The notes under the pieces are model-generated. The model saw nothing but the letters and a program-made list of their open reading frames with translations, did not search any database and was not told where the DNA came from. Both the position numbers and the translations under genes were made by a program. DNA of 52,087 bases, the filler included, from Sphacelaria rigidula (taxonomy: Eukaryota): the NCBI GenBank assembly GCA_964200075.2. It is 4 parts of 4 records of this genome, joined end to end, with 100 filler letters (N's around TTAATTAATTAA, not from the genome) between each part and the next. Parts side by side here need not be neighbours in the genome. Positions count along the whole stretch, not along the records: positions 39,143 to 52,087 come from CAXNAA020003279.1; 3 more parts are not named here. The stretch is one strand, 5' to 3'. Shown piece after piece: positions 49,350-52,087 of this stretch; position 1 is the first letter of the stretch; every line of letters begins with the position of its first letter.

Positions 49350-52030
49350 CAGTAGGCAGTCAACGGGAGCTGACGGAGCATCCGTCTGGCAGCCACGTGC
49401 AGACCTCTTGGCTCGCAGTTTCCTTCGTAGCTGCCCAATCGGTGTGGAGTTGAGTTGATTATCGCATTTATGGGTGGCTGCATGGGAGATTGGTCGACGG
49501 TCCCTTTTAAATTTATCAACGGTTGATGCGGGCTGCATGAGCCCAGTGGTCGTTGATCCACCATTGCGGTTCAGAGTAATTGTGAGTATGATACATTGAG
49601 CAGTGTACCTGGAAATGACACCCGTGTATTGATAGTTTTAAAAGTCTACGAGTACATGGTTGAGTTGATGTGTTTACCATCGGAGCAAGGGCACATAGCC
49701 CCCGAGCTTTTCGAGCATGCATGGCTCGTCCGTATCTTTGTTGTCATCCATCCCGGGCGTGAACGATCAAACGGGAGGGGCGCCACCTGGGTCTGCACCC
49801 ATTTTTAATGGTGATGAAACACACTACGCATCGATGATTTGTTTCCCCCCTGACCGGGGTAGAGTAACTACCTCACACGCGTTCATTCAAGCCTCGTAAT
49901 TTCCGTTCACGACAAATCGGCTCACATGGTCGCCTGCCACAACAGCTTCGCGTATTAACGCTGAGCGGACAGCCGATTATCTCAGGTTGACGTAGTTATT
50001 ACTTCTCGGCGGCATGTACGGTCATGCACGAGATGAGGTAGTAATTGGCTCCCATTGCCAAACACATGCGCTCTCCATTCAGCAATTAATTTAGCGAACA
50101 ACATCTCGGAAGCTTCCCGTCTTACCTCTCTTCTTCATGAGATATCACTTTATTGGCATTCAGTCTGTCTTGTCGATACAGCGGCCAAACTTTTCTCTCC
50201 GGTAATGCGATTATCACTACAACATGTGTCCTCGTAGTACATATTCTCGAACTAACAGCGCACGGCCGAGGTGATCTCAGAATATTCCGTATGCATAATC
50301 CCTGTGATGCTTGTTCTATTCGAGTGTTACTGCAACTTCACGTGTGGCCTACAGTAACCGTAACTTGATGGATGAAGAAAGCATAGCGTTGCTCCTTTCA
50401 ACCGCATCACGCGGCAGTAACCGGGTTTACAGCAGCTGTTGCATGGAGGGATACATCAAAGCGGTATAGGCGATAAGGATTTCCTAATATCAAACATTTG
50501 CTCATGTTGAGTCAACCCAGCTGACAGATCCGACTCTTGCAGTGACAGTAAACGTATGAAGTTGGATTGCACTGTGACGTGAAGTACGGTCGGCGTCGCT
50601 TCTTCCCGCAGGAACAGTAGGTGCAGCCTCAACTGAAGCTTCGTGCCTAACGCACCACAACGATACCTCATCCCACCATGACAGATTCATAGCTTACAGC
50701 AGCAGTTACGTGAGTTGTGAACATGTCCCAGGTTGCCTCAACCGACGCCTCTGTACCCATATTGCACGTTCTAGCCATCGTATGTTGACTCGATTTTTCA
50801 CCTCACAGATGCCTGGATCACCCTAGGCTAGTGCGGAACAATTCACGGTTAGGCCGAATCATCACGACTACGAATCACCAAATCCACGATTTCCTCGGTC
50901 TGATTGTCCAAGAGGGAGAAAAACGTTGACTGCTGGTCCAAGGGGTATCCACGCAACGTTTTCGCCATTTCACGTGTCGGGGCTGCGTGTACCTGGGTTG
51001 CAACTCTGAAAACAAAGCCCAGGGATTGATTCGTACGAGTCGAATCAATTATACTAAAACCAAGTGACTTCCAGACGAATCACTGTTTGTCCGACCCTTG
51101 GAACAGTTGACCCGCACAACAAGTATCGGTACAACTCGTGTGTAGTATGAATTAAATAACGGCACGGAGAAGCGGTACAGTGCAACACAGTACAGTGAGT
51201 CGCTTGATTATCGTGTCGCAACTCGGTGTCGCCCTACATAGGTACAGACAGTACAACACTGTACAGCCTTTCTTTTTTCAAGACTCACGAGTCAACTTTG
51301 CTTCGCGACGCGAAAGAAATTAGCTGACTGTTTCATGTTGTAGTATTGATATGTACAGGATGTGAGGGGATAGCTGGTGGCGTGAAATAGCACCGGCACG
51401 TTGCATCAGGTTACACGAAGATGGGTATCAGCTTGTATTGTAACACGGGATGCAACATGCTAGCTAGCCTAGCTTCACGCAACCAGTCCAACAGCCTTAC
51501 ACAGACAGTGTATCTATACAATCAAGGATGGCAGAATATCCTCGAGTCGGTCCCATCCATCTGAATCCATGTTCTCATTTCTGAGATGAGAATGTACTCC
51601 GTCGCTATCGGTGCCCACAATGAACGCAAGTCATTCGCACTATGCCTGAATACACGAGAACGATTACGCCTCGGCGACCCTTTCGACAGCGGTTGTAAAG
51701 GTTCATCGCTGCATCGCTGCAGCGTTCTCGTTGTTGTGTGCGAAAGACCTCCGGTCACGGTGTACGAGGCAAGGGTAGCCTTGTCTCTCGTTAAGGCGTC
51801 ATCATCGTGCACGGTAACCACCGACATAGTGATCCAGTCTGGCCGAACAAGCAATGAACAATGCCTGGTGACAGTTTTTATGATGGGGGATGAACGGCAA
51901 CGACATGGAAATGTGCTATACCCCGCTGTTATACTGTTAACTGTATGGGACAAGTGTGTGCACAGTAAAAACGTGGAGTTGTCCACACGACGCCTGGCCG
52001 ACACTTGAGTTGGGTTTTCCCCTCCCAGCT
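49350..52030 (-). pseudogene. Endogenous L relic G (regions IV-V)
   Basis: TGGLSHTTTRTLQRCSDEPL (~51697-51760), WDRLEDILPSL (~51523-51556), HELYRYLLCG...TVIRL, RHVKW..TLRGYP, GGMRYRC (HR position), LHVTVQSNF, all colinear. The lower boundary is uncertain. Confidence 0.5.
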
Positions 52031-52037
52031 TCTCACA

Positions 52038-52087
52038 CACCCATGAGGCAGTGTATAAGCCGTGACTGTCTCAGGAAGTGGCGATAC
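52038..52087. repeat. 50-bp repeat at the end of contig 4; inverted copy of 2-51
   Basis: 46/50 identity to the reverse complement of 2-51. Confidence 0.9.

Noticed and set aside
48960-49350. L methyltransferase domain (VTGTG, IIMD) continuing relic G
   Set aside because: Motifs are weak and the region may instead be the 5' LTR of the adjacent gypsy element.
1-52087. One giant 52-kb transposon or provirus bounded by TIRs, carrying cargo genes
   Set aside because: Evenly spaced artificial linkers and descending segment lengths indicate concatenated unrelated contigs; no transposase for such an element was recognised.

Overview
Eukaryotic DNA, most likely from a brown alga (inferred from an EsV-1-7 repeat gene, TTAGGG repeats and long repeat-filled introns). 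The window is not one locus. It is four contigs of 12948, 12947, 12947 and 12945 bp joined by artificial N44-TTAATTAATTAA-N44 linkers, which looks like size-sorted concatenation. Conventional content: an EsV-1-7 Cys/His-repeat gene, the first two exons of a protein kinase gene, an internally deleted Ty1/copia element, two decayed Ty3/gypsy elements, TRIMs, several MITE families, SINE-like pieces and microsatellites. The main unexpected signal is in the 'unique' DNA between the transposons. Read by eye on the minus strand across frameshifts, it gives colinear motifs of Mononegavirales-like L proteins (RdRp, PRNTase capping domain, methyltransferase). I count about seven separate decayed L relics and two nucleoprotein-like relics, present in all four contigs and all in the same orientation. 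This suggests large-scale, ancient endogenisation of negative-strand RNA viruses. A second signal is a cytosine-C5 DNA methyltransferase-like domain inside the pol of one gypsy element. Both calls rest on manual motif recognition in degraded frames and need profile searches to confirm.
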